DNA of 64,000 bases from Candidatus Parcubacteria bacterium (GTDB taxonomy: Bacteria > Patescibacteriota > Saccharimonadia > UBA4664 > JBIOIQ01): positions 669,373 to 733,372 of the forward strand of contig OY970378.1 of assembly GCA_963718875.1 (NCBI GenBank). Direction: 5' to 3'. Of this stretch, positions 1-9,724 are shown piece by piece (positions within the stretch are counted from its first letter, which is position 1; each line of letters starts with the position of its first letter). The position numbers and the translations under genes are program-made. A model generated the notes under the pieces. The model searched no databases and was not told the origin of the DNA. It saw only the letters and a program-made list of their open reading frames with translations.

Positions 1-36
1 AGGGTGCAATACTGGCTTCATAATAATATTATACGG

Positions 37-924
37 CTATATAGAGAGTGTGAGGAGGAATTGTTTTAATTCTGGGGGTAATGGCGACCTCACTGTCACT
101 TGCTTACCCTCAGTATCGGTAAATTCGATAGAGACTGCGTGTAGAAACAATCTCTCGGGCTTCGAATGTGATTTTCTTCCGTATAAACCGTCCCCTACGA
201 TGGGGTGCCCGAGATGCGAAAAATGTACTCTTAGCTGATGCGTTCGTCCCGTTTTGGGGTGTGCTTCCAAAAGGGTGTACTTGTCGTATTCCGACAGTAT
301 TGTGTAGCTAGTTTGACTTGGTTTGCCGCTTGGAGTTATGTTGCGCTTAGCTGTGTTGGGTTTTCGCCCTATTGGTAGGTCAATCAAGGCCTCCGGCCGC
401 TTTAAGTGTCCCTCGATAAGGAGTTGATAGGTTTTTTTGACTAGACGATCTTTAAATTGTTTTTGCAGAAAGGCCTTAGTGGCGGAATCTTTGGCTATGA
501 GCACTAGTCCAGAGGTATCACGATCTAGTCTATGTACGATACCGGGTCTATTAGTAGATTGATCAGAGGTGTGAAGTGCTGCAAATTGTGCTAATGTTGG
601 CTCAAGCGCTCTCCCTGGTACGTCGTGCACCAAAAGTCCGCTTGGTTTTTCTACTACCAATAAGTGGTTGTCCTCGTACATTATGACTAATTGAGGCGCA
701 GATATGTCGGTTTTCTGACTATCCATGGAAACGTCAGAAAATTCAATAAGATCACCAGCAACTACCTGATAACTAGATTTTTCAGTCAATTGATTGACCC
801 GCACCAATCCATCCTTTATGGCTCGTTGCCAAAAGGCTCGACTGTGTCCATGTTGGGAAGCCATAACTTGGTCAATGCGTTTGCCTGCTATGGCCGAAGT
901 TATTTTAAAATGTTTTTTAGTCAT
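37..924 (-). CDS. rluD: RluA/RluD-family pseudouridine synthase
   Basis: N-terminal S4-like domain, catalytic HRLDRDTSG, TGRTHQLRVH and LFLHA motifs. Confidence 0.9.
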   Translation of the reverse strand: MTKKHFKITSAIAGKRIDQVMASQHGHSRAFWQRAIKDGLVRVNQLTEKSSYQVVAGDLIEFSDVSMDSQKTDISAPQLVIMYEDNHLLVVEKPSGLLVHDVPGRALEPTLAQFAALHTSDQSTNRPGIVHRLDRDTSGLVLIAKDSATKAFLQKQFKDRLVKKTYQLLIEGHLKRPEALIDLPIGRKPNTAKRNITPSGKPSQTSYTILSEYDKYTLLEAHPKTGRTHQLRVHFSHLGHPIVGDGLYGRKSHSKPERLFLHAVSIEFTDTEGKQVTVRSPLPPELKQFLLTLSI

Positions 925-962
925 TCCTAGACAATAACATTAATTAGCAACTATCAAAAATA

Positions 963-1961
963 CTACCTAATGATGGCTGATGCTTCAGTAAGGTCCTTTT
1001 TGGCTCCCAGGACGATCAGGCGGTCGCCCGCGTATATCATCTCATGGCCGTTGGGTTGTACTCTGCTGGTACCATCGGCGCCATTAATGGCTATGACCGT
1101 GGCGCCTTTGACGTGCGCATCGATTAACGAGTGACTCAGTCGACGTCCGACTAGCTTTGATTCTTCGCCTACAACCATCTCTTCAACAGCCAAGTCGGCC
1201 TTAGCGTTACTATTACTAACGATGTCGATGTAATCAACAACATTAGGTCTGAGTGCCATGTTTGCCATATGATATCCGCCTATTTGGTAAGGCATAGCTA
1301 CTCGGTCAGCTCCTGCCCGCTTGAGCTTGATTTGATTGTCGTTGCGATTTGCACGGGCTACTATGTATAGTTCGGGGTTAAATGACCTGGCTGCCAGGAC
1401 AACAAACAAGTTTAAAGAATCTTCTCCCAAACTGGCTATCAAGCCAGCGGCGCGCTCAACACCAGCTTCGTGAAGTGACTCTTCGAGCGTACTATCGGAT
1501 ACAACGGCAAGAAAGCCGGCCTTAACGGCTTCCTCGACTTTTTCAGGATCTTTATCCAGTCCTATAAAGGGAACGCCTTCATTATGAAGCTCTCTTGCTA
1601 CTTGGCTCCCCACGCGTCCAAGTCCACAAACTATGTAGTGGTTCTTTAATTTATCAACCTTTGCTTTCATTCTTCGCCTTTTAACGTTATCGCCAATACC
1701 AATCATATATTCCGCTAGCCACTTAAGTAAATATGCTACTGCTAATAAGCTACTTAGATCTAGGGCAATTACTAAGAGCCTGGCTGCAAGTGTAGTAAAC
1801 CCATGGTGGTCATAGTGGGTTAGAATGATAATAATAGTGCTGTAAAGTGCTTCCCCAATGGGAATATCAGCAAGAATGTTGAAGCCAATGGTACCAACAA
1901 CGAGCATACCTGCTACCAGCAAACCAATCCACCATAATGCTTTACGCTGCTGCTCACTCAT
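963..1961 (-). CDS. Potassium channel family protein (2TM + TrkA_N/TrkA_C RCK domains)
   Basis: Two hydrophobic helices, NHYIVCGLGRVG Rossmann motif, C-terminal TrkA_C-like segment; the pore region lacks a clear TVGYG. Confidence 0.85.
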   Translation of the reverse strand: MSEQQRKALWWIGLLVAGMLVVGTIGFNILADIPIGEALYSTIIIILTHYDHHGFTTLAARLLVIALDLSSLLAVAYLLKWLAEYMIGIGDNVKRRRMKAKVDKLKNHYIVCGLGRVGSQVARELHNEGVPFIGLDKDPEKVEEAVKAGFLAVVSDSTLEESLHEAGVERAAGLIASLGEDSLNLFVVLAARSFNPELYIVARANRNDNQIKLKRAGADRVAMPYQIGGYHMANMALRPNVVDYIDIVSNSNAKADLAVEEMVVGEESKLVGRRLSHSLIDAHVKGATVIAINGADGTSRVQPNGHEMIYAGDRLIVLGAKKDLTEASAIIR

Positions 1962-2002
1962 CTCGCTTATGATTATAGCTGAGAACTTGGAAAAAGTCCT
2001 AC

Positions 2003-2223
2003 TAAAGTCGTTCGATAGACTTCTTAGAGTTTAAGATCTTGGACACTTTGTGTCGGCCGGCTTAAGATGGCCTGCGCATCGTGGCCAACTATCAGATAGC
2101 TGGCCACTCTTATCAGGAGTATGTCGATGCGTTTCGATCTGCAATCTCATGATGGTCTATGACGCCAAAGGTTTCCGGTCCCCCGTTACGCACTAAAACA
2201 GCCTCTGACGGGGAGCGACTTTA
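2003..2223 (+). ncRNA. Candidate structured ncRNA of unknown family
   Basis: 11-bp closing stem TAAAGTCGTTC/GAGCGACTTTA, long interrupted second stem and five internal helices; G-U wobbles mostly favour the + strand; ends at a bidirectional terminator. Confidence 0.55.
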
Positions 2224-2226
2224 TAA

Positions 2227-2259
2227 AATAAAAACCACCCTTGTTGATGGTTTTTATTT
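2227..2259. terminator. Bidirectional intrinsic terminator after rpsI
   Basis: AAATAAAAACCA...TGGTTTTTATTT inverted repeat with A/T tracts on both sides. Confidence 0.7.
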
Positions 2260-2270
2260 GAAGCAGGCTG

Positions 2271-2672
2271 TTAGCGTTTGCTAAACTGTGGAGCCTTGCG
2301 AGCCTTTTTAAGACCATATTTTTTTCGCTCTTTTTCGCGCGGATCACGAGTAAGCATGCTAGCTTTTTTGAGAGTTGGGTGTAGATCTTGACTCATAGCG
2401 TTTAGTGCGCGTGCAATTGCAAGCTTTGCTGCTCCGGCTTGTCCGCGTTTGCCGCCGCCCGTAACCTTCAAACTGACTTTGAATTTCTTGTCATGTCCCG
2501 TAAGAACGAGTGGTTGAGTTAGAGATGCTTCCAGAGTATTGTTATTAAAATACTCGCTGGCAAGTTTGTCGTTGACGCTAATTTCGCCTGTCCCACTATA
2601 TAGTCTTGCGGTGGCAATAGCTGATTTGCGACGACCGAGGCCGTAATAGTAGTGGTTTTTTGTATCAGCCAT
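2271..2672 (-). CDS. rpsI: 30S ribosomal protein S9
   Basis: GRRKSA and LTRDPREKERKKYGLKKARKAPQFSKR motifs. Confidence 0.98.
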   Translation of the reverse strand: MADTKNHYYYGLGRRKSAIATARLYSGTGEISVNDKLASEYFNNNTLEASLTQPLVLTGHDKKFKVSLKVTGGGKRGQAGAAKLAIARALNAMSQDLHPTLKKASMLTRDPREKERKKYGLKKARKAPQFSKR

Positions 2673-2676
2673 TTTT

Positions 2677-3129
2677 TTAAGCTCCTCTAGTATTATCTGT
2701 TGTAATAGTCAGTGGTTGTGGCGATTGGGGTGCGTGACTGTGTTCAGCTGTGGCGTAAATCTTTAAACGCTTTAATCGGTCGTCTGTTAGTCGGTTGGCG
2801 GGTAGCATCCCCTTAACTGCGTGACGAATGACGTCGGTAGGGTTCTTGGCAAGCTTGTCACTTAGACTAATGTCTTTAATACCACCTGGGTATCCAGAAT
2901 GATGATAATAGATTTTACTATTTAGCTTGTCGCCAGTTACTCGAATAGAGGCGGCATTTATTACTACTACATTATCGCCGCAATCAATGTGGCGAGTATA
3001 GCTTGGCTTGTGCTTACCTATTAAACGCGTGGCAATTTCGGTAGCTAATCGACCTAGTGTTTGATCCTTGGCATCTACAAGATGCCAGCCCCTAGTAACT
3101 TCGACTGGTTTAGCTGAATATGTTTTCAT
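2677..3129 (-). CDS. rplM: 50S ribosomal protein L13
   Basis: WHLVDA...LGRLA, HKPSY, HSGYPGG motifs. Confidence 0.98.
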   Translation of the reverse strand: MKTYSAKPVEVTRGWHLVDAKDQTLGRLATEIATRLIGKHKPSYTRHIDCGDNVVVINAASIRVTGDKLNSKIYYHHSGYPGGIKDISLSDKLAKNPTDVIRHAVKGMLPANRLTDDRLKRLKIYATAEHSHAPQSPQPLTITTDNTRGA

Positions 3130-3602
3130 TTTGCAACCTTAGTTTTAGCAGAACTTTTTTTAACAGCTGGTTTGGACGGTTTGGTTGTCTTTGTTGCACC
3201 AGAACTGGCTTCAGCTACCTCTGAAGGAACCGAAGGAAGCTTTTCTGGTAATACCAGGGCAACTATAGCCATTGGGGCGTTGTCTCCCCGGCGGTTACCG
3301 GTCTTAACGATGCGTGTATAACCGCCACTGCGCTTAGAAAAAGCCGGAGTAAGCTCCTGGATAAGTTTTTGTACGGCGTTTTCGGTAAGGAGCATGGCGC
3401 GCAGCGCTCGATTATTGGCTAGGTCGTTTACTTTTGCTTTCGTAACAAGACGTTCAAAGAATGGCGCAATTTCTTTAGCCTTACTATGAGTGGTTGTAAT
3501 TTGTTCGTGTAATACCAGTGACGTCAGCTGCCCACGAATAAGAGCCTTGCGTTGATCTCGATCGAGAGATAGTTTACGTCCTTGATAACCGTGGCGATGC
3601 AT
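3126..3602 (-). CDS. rplQ: 50S ribosomal protein L17 with low-complexity C-terminal tail
   Basis: [19 protein letters not shown] motif. Confidence 0.97.
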   Translation of the reverse strand: MHRHGYQGRKLSLDRDQRKALIRGQLTSLVLHEQITTTHSKAKEIAPFFERLVTKAKVNDLANNRALRAMLLTENAVQKLIQELTPAFSKRSGGYTRIVKTGNRRGDNAPMAIVALVLPEKLPSVPSEVAEASSGATKTTKPSKPAVKKSSAKTKVAK

Positions 3603-4537
3603 TAGTTTTCCTCGTTACCTTCAAAGCCTAATTCAGCGATCTTTTCTTTTACTTCGTCATAGGCTTTTGCGCCAAATCCCTTAAGATTGCGCAAGCTGCT
3701 GTCGCTGAGAGTCAGAAGGTCTTTCATGGACTTTATGTCGTTATTGATGAGGGCGTTAGTAGTGCGTTGGGAAAAGTTGACTTCTTCTATCATGATCTTA
3801 CTAGCCCCGTTGTCTGTGCGGTCGGCTGTGGCTACAGGGAGCGCGTCAGTGACGCTATTACCGGCAATAACTTGGAAGTGGTTTACCAAGGTTTGAGCAG
3901 CCTGGCTAATGGCGTCTTCGGGACTTATAGTCCCATCGGTTTCAATCTCCATAACTAATCGATCAAGATCAGTTATTTGGCCTACGCGGGTATTTTCAAC
4001 ATGAAAGCGAACTCGTTGGATGGGGCTATATAAGGCGTCAATTGCAATCATGCCTACTTCTAGCTTTTCGTCTACGCGCTGTTCGACTGGGATATATCCT
4101 CGGCCTTTTTCAACGCGGATTTCCATGCCAACCTTGGTTTTAGAGTCATCAATAGTACAGATTAGTTGATCTGGGTTAACAATCTCTATATCAGAGGTCG
4201 CCTTAATATCAGCACCGGTGACAGTTCCTTTGCCAGATTTGGTGAGAATAAGAAACTGGGTTTCGTCGCTGTAGATTTTAAAGCGCAGGCGTTTGAGGTT
4301 TAGTAGAATTTCTACTACGTCTTCTTTGACACCTTTAAGAGTTGAAAACTCATGGGCTACGTTGTCGATTTTGACGGCTGTTACGGCTGCACCACCTAAG
4401 CTTGATAAGATTACGCGTCGCAATGAGTTGCCTAATGTCATACCGTATCCTGAGTACAGTGGTTCGATAGCAAATGTTGCTCTGTTGCCATCTTGCTTAA
4501 CTGGCTTAAGTTCCGGTGATGAAATTTCGTATAACAC
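3602..4537 (-). CDS. rpoA: RNA polymerase subunit alpha
   Basis: EPLYSGYGMTLGNSLRR, HEFST and alpha-CTD; GTG start at 4537 chosen after AAGGAGG. Confidence 0.97.
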   Translation of the reverse strand: MLYEISSPELKPVKQDGNRATFAIEPLYSGYGMTLGNSLRRVILSSLGGAAVTAVKIDNVAHEFSTLKGVKEDVVEILLNLKRLRFKIYSDETQFLILTKSGKGTVTGADIKATSDIEIVNPDQLICTIDDSKTKVGMEIRVEKGRGYIPVEQRVDEKLEVGMIAIDALYSPIQRVRFHVENTRVGQITDLDRLVMEIETDGTISPEDAISQAAQTLVNHFQVIAGNSVTDALPVATADRTDNGASKIMIEEVNFSQRTTNALINNDIKSMKDLLTLSDSSLRNLKGFGAKAYDEVKEKIAELGFEGNEEN

Positions 4538-4547
4538 TTGGGCCTCC

Positions 4548-5165
4548 TTACCTTGAGTAAAATTCAATAATTAATTGCTCGGAAATATCTGCATCAATGT
4601 CTTCACGTGCCGGAAGTCCAGTCACTTTGGCAGTTAGCTTTTTGGCATCTAGACTGAGCCAACGGGTTTGAGATTGACCGGACGAAAAAGTTTCCTTGAG
4701 GGCGGTGAAGTAGCTGTTGCTTGAACTTTTCGGCCGAACAGAGATTTCGTCACCCGGCTTTACAATAATAGAAGGGATGTCGACACGCTTATTGTTTAGC
4801 ATAAAATGCCCGTGTGTCACTAGCTGCCTAGCTCCTTGGCGCGAAGGAGCAAATCCTAAACGATAGACAGCGTTATCAAGGCGAAGTTCGAGCAGTTGAA
4901 GCATAATTTCGCCTGTAACTCCAGTGCGTCGCTCGGCCTCTCCCACCAGTCGTGCAAATTGTTTCTCGAGCAACCCGTAAGTCCGCTTGACTTTTTGCTT
5001 TTCACGTAGCTGAACAGCGTACTGGCTTAATTTAGAACGCATGCCTGTTTGCCCATGCTCACCGGGGCCGTATGCGCGTTTAGCCATGCCTTTAATGGCT
5101 TTTGGGTGTAAGGCGGTTTTTTCTCGCCTCGATTGCTTGACAATAGGTGTTAGATTTCTAGCCAT
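4548..5165 (-). CDS. rpsD: 30S ribosomal protein S4
   Basis: QLREKQK, LELRLDN, ARQLVTHGH motifs. Confidence 0.98.
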   Translation of the reverse strand: MARNLTPIVKQSRREKTALHPKAIKGMAKRAYGPGEHGQTGMRSKLSQYAVQLREKQKVKRTYGLLEKQFARLVGEAERRTGVTGEIMLQLLELRLDNAVYRLGFAPSRQGARQLVTHGHFMLNNKRVDIPSIIVKPGDEISVRPKSSSNSYFTALKETFSSGQSQTRWLSLDAKKLTAKVTGLPAREDIDADISEQLIIEFYSR

Positions 5166-5557
5166 TAGACTCGCCTAGCCTTTCGTGGTCTGCAGCCATT
5201 GTGCGGAATACCAGTGACGTCTTTGATGCTTGACACTGCTATACCGGCAGTTTGCAGGGCTCTTACGGCTGATTCACGTCCGCTTCCAACCCCAGTTATT
5301 AATACCTCGACCTTGGTTAGTCCAACCTCTTTGGCTGAGGCGGCGGCCTTTTCGGCAGCAATTTGAGCGGCATAGGGGGTGCTTTTTCGCGAACCTTTGA
5401 ATCCAGCCGCTCCTGCGCTTGACCAGCTAATAAGTGCACCGCTTGTGTCGGTGATAGAAATGATAGTGTTATTAAAGGTTGATTGAATATGAACCTGGCC
5501 TGTAGTTACACTACGCTTGGTCTTTTTGCGTCTAGTTGTAGTCGATGTTTTAACCAT
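5165..5557 (-). CDS. rpsK: 30S ribosomal protein S11
   Basis: [26 protein letters not shown]; start moved to ATG at 5557 because the ORF-track start overlaps rpsM. Confidence 0.97.
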   Translation of the reverse strand: MVKTSTTTRRKKTKRSVTTGQVHIQSTFNNTIISITDTSGALISWSSAGAAGFKGSRKSTPYAAQIAAEKAAASAKEVGLTKVEVLITGVGSGRESAVRALQTAGIAVSSIKDVTGIPHNGCRPRKARRV

Positions 5558-5564
5558 TGTTTCC

Positions 5565-5951
5565 TTACGTCTTAGCGGCTGATTTTTTGCGTCCGCTTCC
5601 CATAGTAACTTTTTTGCCTCGTTTTGTGCGGGCGTTGGTTTTGGTGCGCTGTCCGTGTGCTGGTAGGCTTGCCTTGTGCCGTAACCCGCGATAGGCATTG
5701 ATGTCCTTTAAGCGCTTTATATTTTGACTCACTAAGCGGCTTAAGTCCCCTTCGACCTGATAATCCTTATCAATAACTTCGCGAATCTTATTAATTTCCG
5801 CTTCGGTTAAATCTTTGACTCTGGCGTTTGAATCTATACCGGTACTCGAAAGTATCTTTTTGCTAATTGCAGGCCCGATTCCAAAAATATAAGTAAGGGC
5901 TACTTCGACGCGCTTGTCTGTAGGGATGTTAACCCCGGCAATTCTTGCCAT
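5565..5951 (-). CDS. rpsM: 30S ribosomal protein S13
   Basis: [26 protein letters not shown] motifs. Confidence 0.98.
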   Translation of the reverse strand: MARIAGVNIPTDKRVEVALTYIFGIGPAISKKILSSTGIDSNARVKDLTEAEINKIREVIDKDYQVEGDLSRLVSQNIKRLKDINAYRGLRHKASLPAHGQRTKTNARTKRGKKVTMGSGRKKSAAKT

Positions 5952-6064
5952 TATCCTTGTCTCTGCTTATGACGAGGATTTTCACAAATAACTCGAACCA
6001 CGCCTTCTCGGCGGATAACTTTGCATTTTTCACACCGTGGCTTTGTGCCTGGATGAACTTTCAT
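5951..6064 (-). CDS. rpmJ: 50S ribosomal protein L36 (not in ORF track)
   Basis: Translated by hand: [37 protein letters not shown], Zn-ribbon C-C-C-H. Confidence 0.96.
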   Translation of the reverse strand: MKVHPGTKPRCEKCKVIRREGVVRVICENPRHKQRQG

Positions 6065-6315
6065 TTGGAGTCCTGTCGCTTACTATTATCACCAACCTTG
6101 TGCCGATATGTAATACGTCCTTTTGTGAGGTCATAAGGGGTCATCTCTAAGGTGACGCTATCGCCAGGTAAGATTTTGATGTAATGCATCCGCATCTTAC
6201 CTGAAATATGCGCCAAAACAATATGGCCGTTCTCTAGCTCTACCCTAAACATTGCGTTTGGCAGAGTTTCTAGGACGGTCCCTTCGACCTCAATTACTTC
6301 CTTTGTGTCTGACAT
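6061..6315 (-). CDS. infA: Translation initiation factor IF-1
   Basis: [23 protein letters not shown]. Confidence 0.98.
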   Translation of the reverse strand: MSDTKEVIEVEGTVLETLPNAMFRVELENGHIVLAHISGKMRMHYIKILPGDSVTLEMTPYDLTKGRITYRHKVGDNSKRQDSK

Positions 6316-6337
6316 ATACTCTTAGCTACAGTTCGTA

Positions 6338-6366
6338 ATTATAGATACTCTTTCACCTATTGTAAA
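6338..6366 (-). promoter_or_regulatory. sigma70-type promoter for infA and the alpha operon
   Basis: TTTACA-17nt-TATAAT on the minus strand. Confidence 0.7.
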
Positions 6367-6466
6367 GGCTTTTAGAGTACAGTGTTCGAACTATTTAGCT
6401 TTATCTCCTCTTAAATGCGACCAAATGGGATGATGCCAGGACTTAAGTAGTGTGGCAGTTCTGGGT

Positions 6467-7780
6467 TTAGTACTCATCATAGCTACTAGTTATTGCTCGT
6501 GCTTCAACTGCTCTCATAGTTTCAATAGCGACCGATACGACAATTAGCAAGCCCGTTCCTCCGAGTGATAGTGAGCTGGTTTTGGTTACGGCTGTTACTA
6601 TAAAAGGCAGTACGGCTACAATGCCCAGCCCTAAGGCTCCACCCAGCGTAATACGGTTTAAAACCCGTTTGAGGTAGTTAGCGGTTTCGCGTCCGGGCCG
6701 GATACCAGGTATAAAACCACCCTGCTTTTGAAGGTTTTCGGAAATATCCTTGGGTTGAAAAACTACTGAGGTATAAAAGTATGTAAATATAACTACCATG
6801 AGAAAATAAGTAACAGCATATGGCAAGCCGTTAGGTGACAAAAAAGTATTTAGCCATTGCGCTGCATTGGAAAGCCAGGCAGTTTTGGCATTAGTGAGCA
6901 GTTGGGCAATAAAGCCGGGAACAGACAAAAACGCCAAGGCAAATATAATCGGAATTACACCCGCCGTTATAACTCGCAATGGCAGGTGGGTGTCTACGCC
7001 GGCGTAGATTTTTGTTCCGCGAGTGCGCCTGGCATAGGAGACGGGGATGTTACGTTGGCCTTCATTCAGGAAGACGATAAAGACTATGACTGCGAGGGTT
7101 ATAATACCATATAGAATGAAAGTAAATAATTTTCCAGCATCTGCTCCCAATAAAGCGGTAAATTGACTAAAGGTAGCGGGTAGTTGAGAGACTATCCCGG
7201 CAAAAATTATTAAGGAAATTCCATTCCCAATCCCTTTTTCCGTAATAATCTCGCCTATCCACATCAAAAGCAAGCTACCTCCTGTAATAGTTACTATCAT
7301 TAGCAACCAGTGGAAAGTATCGAGTCGACCTATTAAATCTGTTCCCGCTATCTGCTTTGATAGTGTTCGTAGCAAAAACACCATACCGATAGATTGCAGA
7401 ATTGCCAGTGGCAATGTTAGCAGGCGGGTATATTGGTTAATTTTTTGCCTGCCGGCTTCACCCTCTTTGCTTAATGCTTCAAACCTGGGAACGGCTTGAG
7501 TAAGCAACTGCATAATAATAGAAGCGTTAATATATGGTCCAACTCCCATCAAAATTATAGAGAACTGGGACAATGCTCCCCCCGAAAATAGGTCTACGGT
7601 TGTAAGCAGCTTACTTGAATTAAACAGTGTCTGTAAGAAATTAGCTAAGGCTATGTTGTTTGGTACTGGTACTGGAATGTGTGACAACAGACGGAATATT
7701 ATTAACAAGCCTAAAACCATAAGAAAACGCTTGCGTAAGTCACGGGACCGGTAAGCTTGGCGCAAAACGCTCAAGTTCAT
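6467..7780 (-). CDS. secY: Preprotein translocase SecY
   Basis: FSGGAL, GVGPYINASIIMQLL, GIGNGISLIIF, IPGIRPG motifs. Confidence 0.98.
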   Translation of the reverse strand: MNLSVLRQAYRSRDLRKRFLMVLGLLIIFRLLSHIPVPVPNNIALANFLQTLFNSSKLLTTVDLFSGGALSQFSIILMGVGPYINASIIMQLLTQAVPRFEALSKEGEAGRQKINQYTRLLTLPLAILQSIGMVFLLRTLSKQIAGTDLIGRLDTFHWLLMIVTITGGSLLLMWIGEIITEKGIGNGISLIIFAGIVSQLPATFSQFTALLGADAGKLFTFILYGIITLAVIVFIVFLNEGQRNIPVSYARRTRGTKIYAGVDTHLPLRVITAGVIPIIFALAFLSVPGFIAQLLTNAKTAWLSNAAQWLNTFLSPNGLPYAVTYFLMVVIFTYFYTSVVFQPKDISENLQKQGGFIPGIRPGRETANYLKRVLNRITLGGALGLGIVAVLPFIVTAVTKTSSLSLGGTGLLIVVSVAIETMRAVEARAITSSYDEY

Positions 7781-8256
7781 GTGCGGTCAACCTTAGGTTT
7801 TGATCGGCGCACAGGGCTGGAAACGATCTCTATCGATCCTCCGGCGGCTATAACGGCTTTTGTTGCAGAAGAGCTAGCGGCTTGTAGCCTTATTGAAAGT
7901 TTTTTGGTCAGACCACCAAATCCAAGAAGTTTTATCGGCAAATCTGCTTTTTTAACTAAGCCAAGGTTTTCTAAAACTGCTGCGTCTATTTTGGAATTGT
8001 CCTTAAACTGCTCAAGTTTCGATATGTTTATAACTTGAAAAGTTAAACTGTTGAGAGGTGCAAAACCGCGTTTTTTGGGCAGACGTTTCGCAAGGGGGTT
8101 TTGTCCACCTTCAAATCCAGGTCGAACGCCACCTCCGGTACGAGCATTTTGGCCCTTTGTTCCTCGACCTGCGGTTTTTCCATAGCCGCTACCGATGCCT
8201 CGTCCGACGCGCTTCTTGTCTTTTTGAGACGTAATATTTAATTCATGTATTTTCAT
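7777..8256 (-). CDS. rplO: 50S ribosomal protein L15
   Basis: RVGRGIGSGYGKTAGRGTKGQ, GFEGGQ. Confidence 0.98.
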   Translation of the reverse strand: MKIHELNITSQKDKKRVGRGIGSGYGKTAGRGTKGQNARTGGGVRPGFEGGQNPLAKRLPKKRGFAPLNSLTFQVINISKLEQFKDNSKIDAAVLENLGLVKKADLPIKLLGFGGLTKKLSIRLQAASSSATKAVIAAGGSIEIVSSPVRRSKPKVDRT

Positions 8257-8258
8257 AT

Positions 8259-8765
8259 CTATTCCTTTGTGGCTGCTACCTTAGACTTCGCGGGCTTTTC
8301 TTCGATCGGTTGTTTTCGATTATTCTGCAGCTGTGTTAATGCTAACACGGTTGCATAAGCATTGTTAACTTTATTACTTGACCCAAGGGATTTGCTCAAA
8401 AGGTCACGAATTCCTACTGCTTCTACTACATTTCTTACAGCGCCCCCAGCAATAACTCCTGTTCCTTCCGAGGCGGGCTTAAGCATAACATGGGCTCCGG
8501 CAAAGTGGACGTTGACTTCGTGCGGGATAGTCTGGCCTTTAAGATTGACGGTTACTAGGTTTTTTTTGGCCTTGGCAACGGCTTTGGCGATGGCTGTCAT
8601 GACTTCACCTCCCTTGCCAACTCCAACGCCAACACGGCCTTTACCATCACCAATTACTACTGTTGCACGGAAACGAAAGCGTCGACCGCCTTTCACTACT
8701 CGACTGACACGGTCGATGGAAATAACTTTTTCCTCAAACTCTTTTACTATTTCAGTGATAGCCAT
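8259..8765 (-). CDS. rpsE: 30S ribosomal protein S5
   Basis: [22 protein letters not shown]. Confidence 0.98.
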   Translation of the reverse strand: MAITEIVKEFEEKVISIDRVSRVVKGGRRFRFRATVVIGDGKGRVGVGVGKGGEVMTAIAKAVAKAKKNLVTVNLKGQTIPHEVNVHFAGAHVMLKPASEGTGVIAGGAVRNVVEAVGIRDLLSKSLGSSNKVNNAYATVLALTQLQNNRKQPIEEKPAKSKVAATKE

Positions 8766-9109
8766 TAAAACTCCAATCCAGCACTACGTGCTGCTTCTGC
8801 TAATGCATGTAGGCGCCCGTGGTAAAGACGACCCGCACGGTCAAATACAACCGCGGTAATGTTGCGTTTTTTTGCTACGGCGGCAATCTTAGTACCAATT
8901 TCGGTTGCACGCTCAGTCATTGTGCCTTTAGTGCTGGATTTTACACTGGTTACATACCCGAGTGTTGTCATGTTGTCGTCATCAATTAGTTGGGCGGTAA
9001 TATGACGATTGGTCACGTGCACAGTTAATCTAGGTCGCTGCGCTGTACCATGAATGCGAGACCTTACACGAGCTCGACGACGGGCTTTTTGAATGGTTGT
9101 TTGTAACAT
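8765..9109 (-). CDS. rplR: 50S ribosomal protein L18
   Basis: RPRL, VVFDR..YHGR..ALAEAAR..GLEF. Confidence 0.97.
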   Translation of the reverse strand: MLQTTIQKARRRARVRSRIHGTAQRPRLTVHVTNRHITAQLIDDDNMTTLGYVTSVKSSTKGTMTERATEIGTKIAAVAKKRNITAVVFDRAGRLYHGRLHALAEAARSAGLEF

Positions 9110-9114
9110 AATCT

Positions 9115-9654
9115 CTAACCTTTAGTTGCGGTCTTACCGGCTTTTCGGCGAATCCGCTCTTCGATGTATTTAATACCCTTACCTTTGTAAGGTTCAGGTT
9201 TTTTTAATGCGCGTAAATTAGCGGCCACTTGACCAACTAGTTGCTTGTCATGGCCGCTAATGGTAATGATGTTTTTATCAACTTTGGCGGTAATGTTGAC
9301 CGGAAGATTAAAAACTACCGGGTGCGAAAAGCCCAAGCTAAGGTTGACAACGTTTCCACTTACGGCGGCACGAAAACCAACACCATTAATTTCCAGTTGA
9401 CGTTCAAAGCCTTGGGACACACCCACAACCATGTTATTGATGAGTGTGCGCATCAAGCCAAACGAGGCTTGAGTTTGAACATTTTCTAGCTGCTTCGACA
9501 CGGTCAAAGTATTGTCGGTTTGAGAGAGTGAGATTCCTGGCAATAACCGTTCCGACAGAGTACCTTTTGGGCCTGATACCGTCACTTGCTCACCTTCTTG
9601 AGTAACATTTACTCCATTTGGGACAGTAATGGGTTGTCGTCCAATTCTACTCAT
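9115..9654 (-). CDS. rplF: 50S ribosomal protein L6
   Basis: MSRIG start, PEPYKGKGI, RRKAGK. Confidence 0.98.
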   Translation of the reverse strand: MSRIGRQPITVPNGVNVTQEGEQVTVSGPKGTLSERLLPGISLSQTDNTLTVSKQLENVQTQASFGLMRTLINNMVVGVSQGFERQLEINGVGFRAAVSGNVVNLSLGFSHPVVFNLPVNITAKVDKNIITISGHDKQLVGQVAANLRALKKPEPYKGKGIKYIEERIRRKAGKTATKG

Positions 9655-9719
9655 CGTAAGCCTCCTTGGCAAGAGTACGTGCTTGGGCTAATTAGGGTTT
9701 TAAAACATGGTGTCTTCAT
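9651..9719 (-). CDS. Putative 22-aa bridging mini-ORF (MKTPCFKTLISPSTYSCQGGLR)
   Basis: ATG 5 nt after the rpsH stop; its TGA overlaps the rplF ATG (ATGA). Confidence 0.3.
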   Translation of the reverse strand: MKTPCFKTLISPSTYSCQGGLR

Positions 9720-9724
9720 GGTTA

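Noticed and set aside
2030-2220. c-di-AMP (ydaO) riboswitch on the minus strand ahead of the K+ channel gene
   Set aside because: Only fragments (GGGGGACC, CCGTCAG) are present and in the wrong order; wobble pairs favour the + strand; the gene has its own TATAAT
1985-2223. RNase P RNA suggested by GGAAAAAGTCC
   Set aside because: No matching 3' P4 strand or other conserved regions, and the motif lies outside the closing stem
5558-5698. Apparent N-terminal extension of S11, and similar extensions of S17, TyrS and PBP1A in the ORF track
   Set aside because: Artefacts of choosing the most upstream start; they overlap neighbouring genes
8362-8859. Long antisense ORFs over ribosomal, rpo and clp genes (also 12509-12991, 37018-37449, 62981-63421)
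   Set aside because: Shadow frames of conserved coding sequence with no independent support
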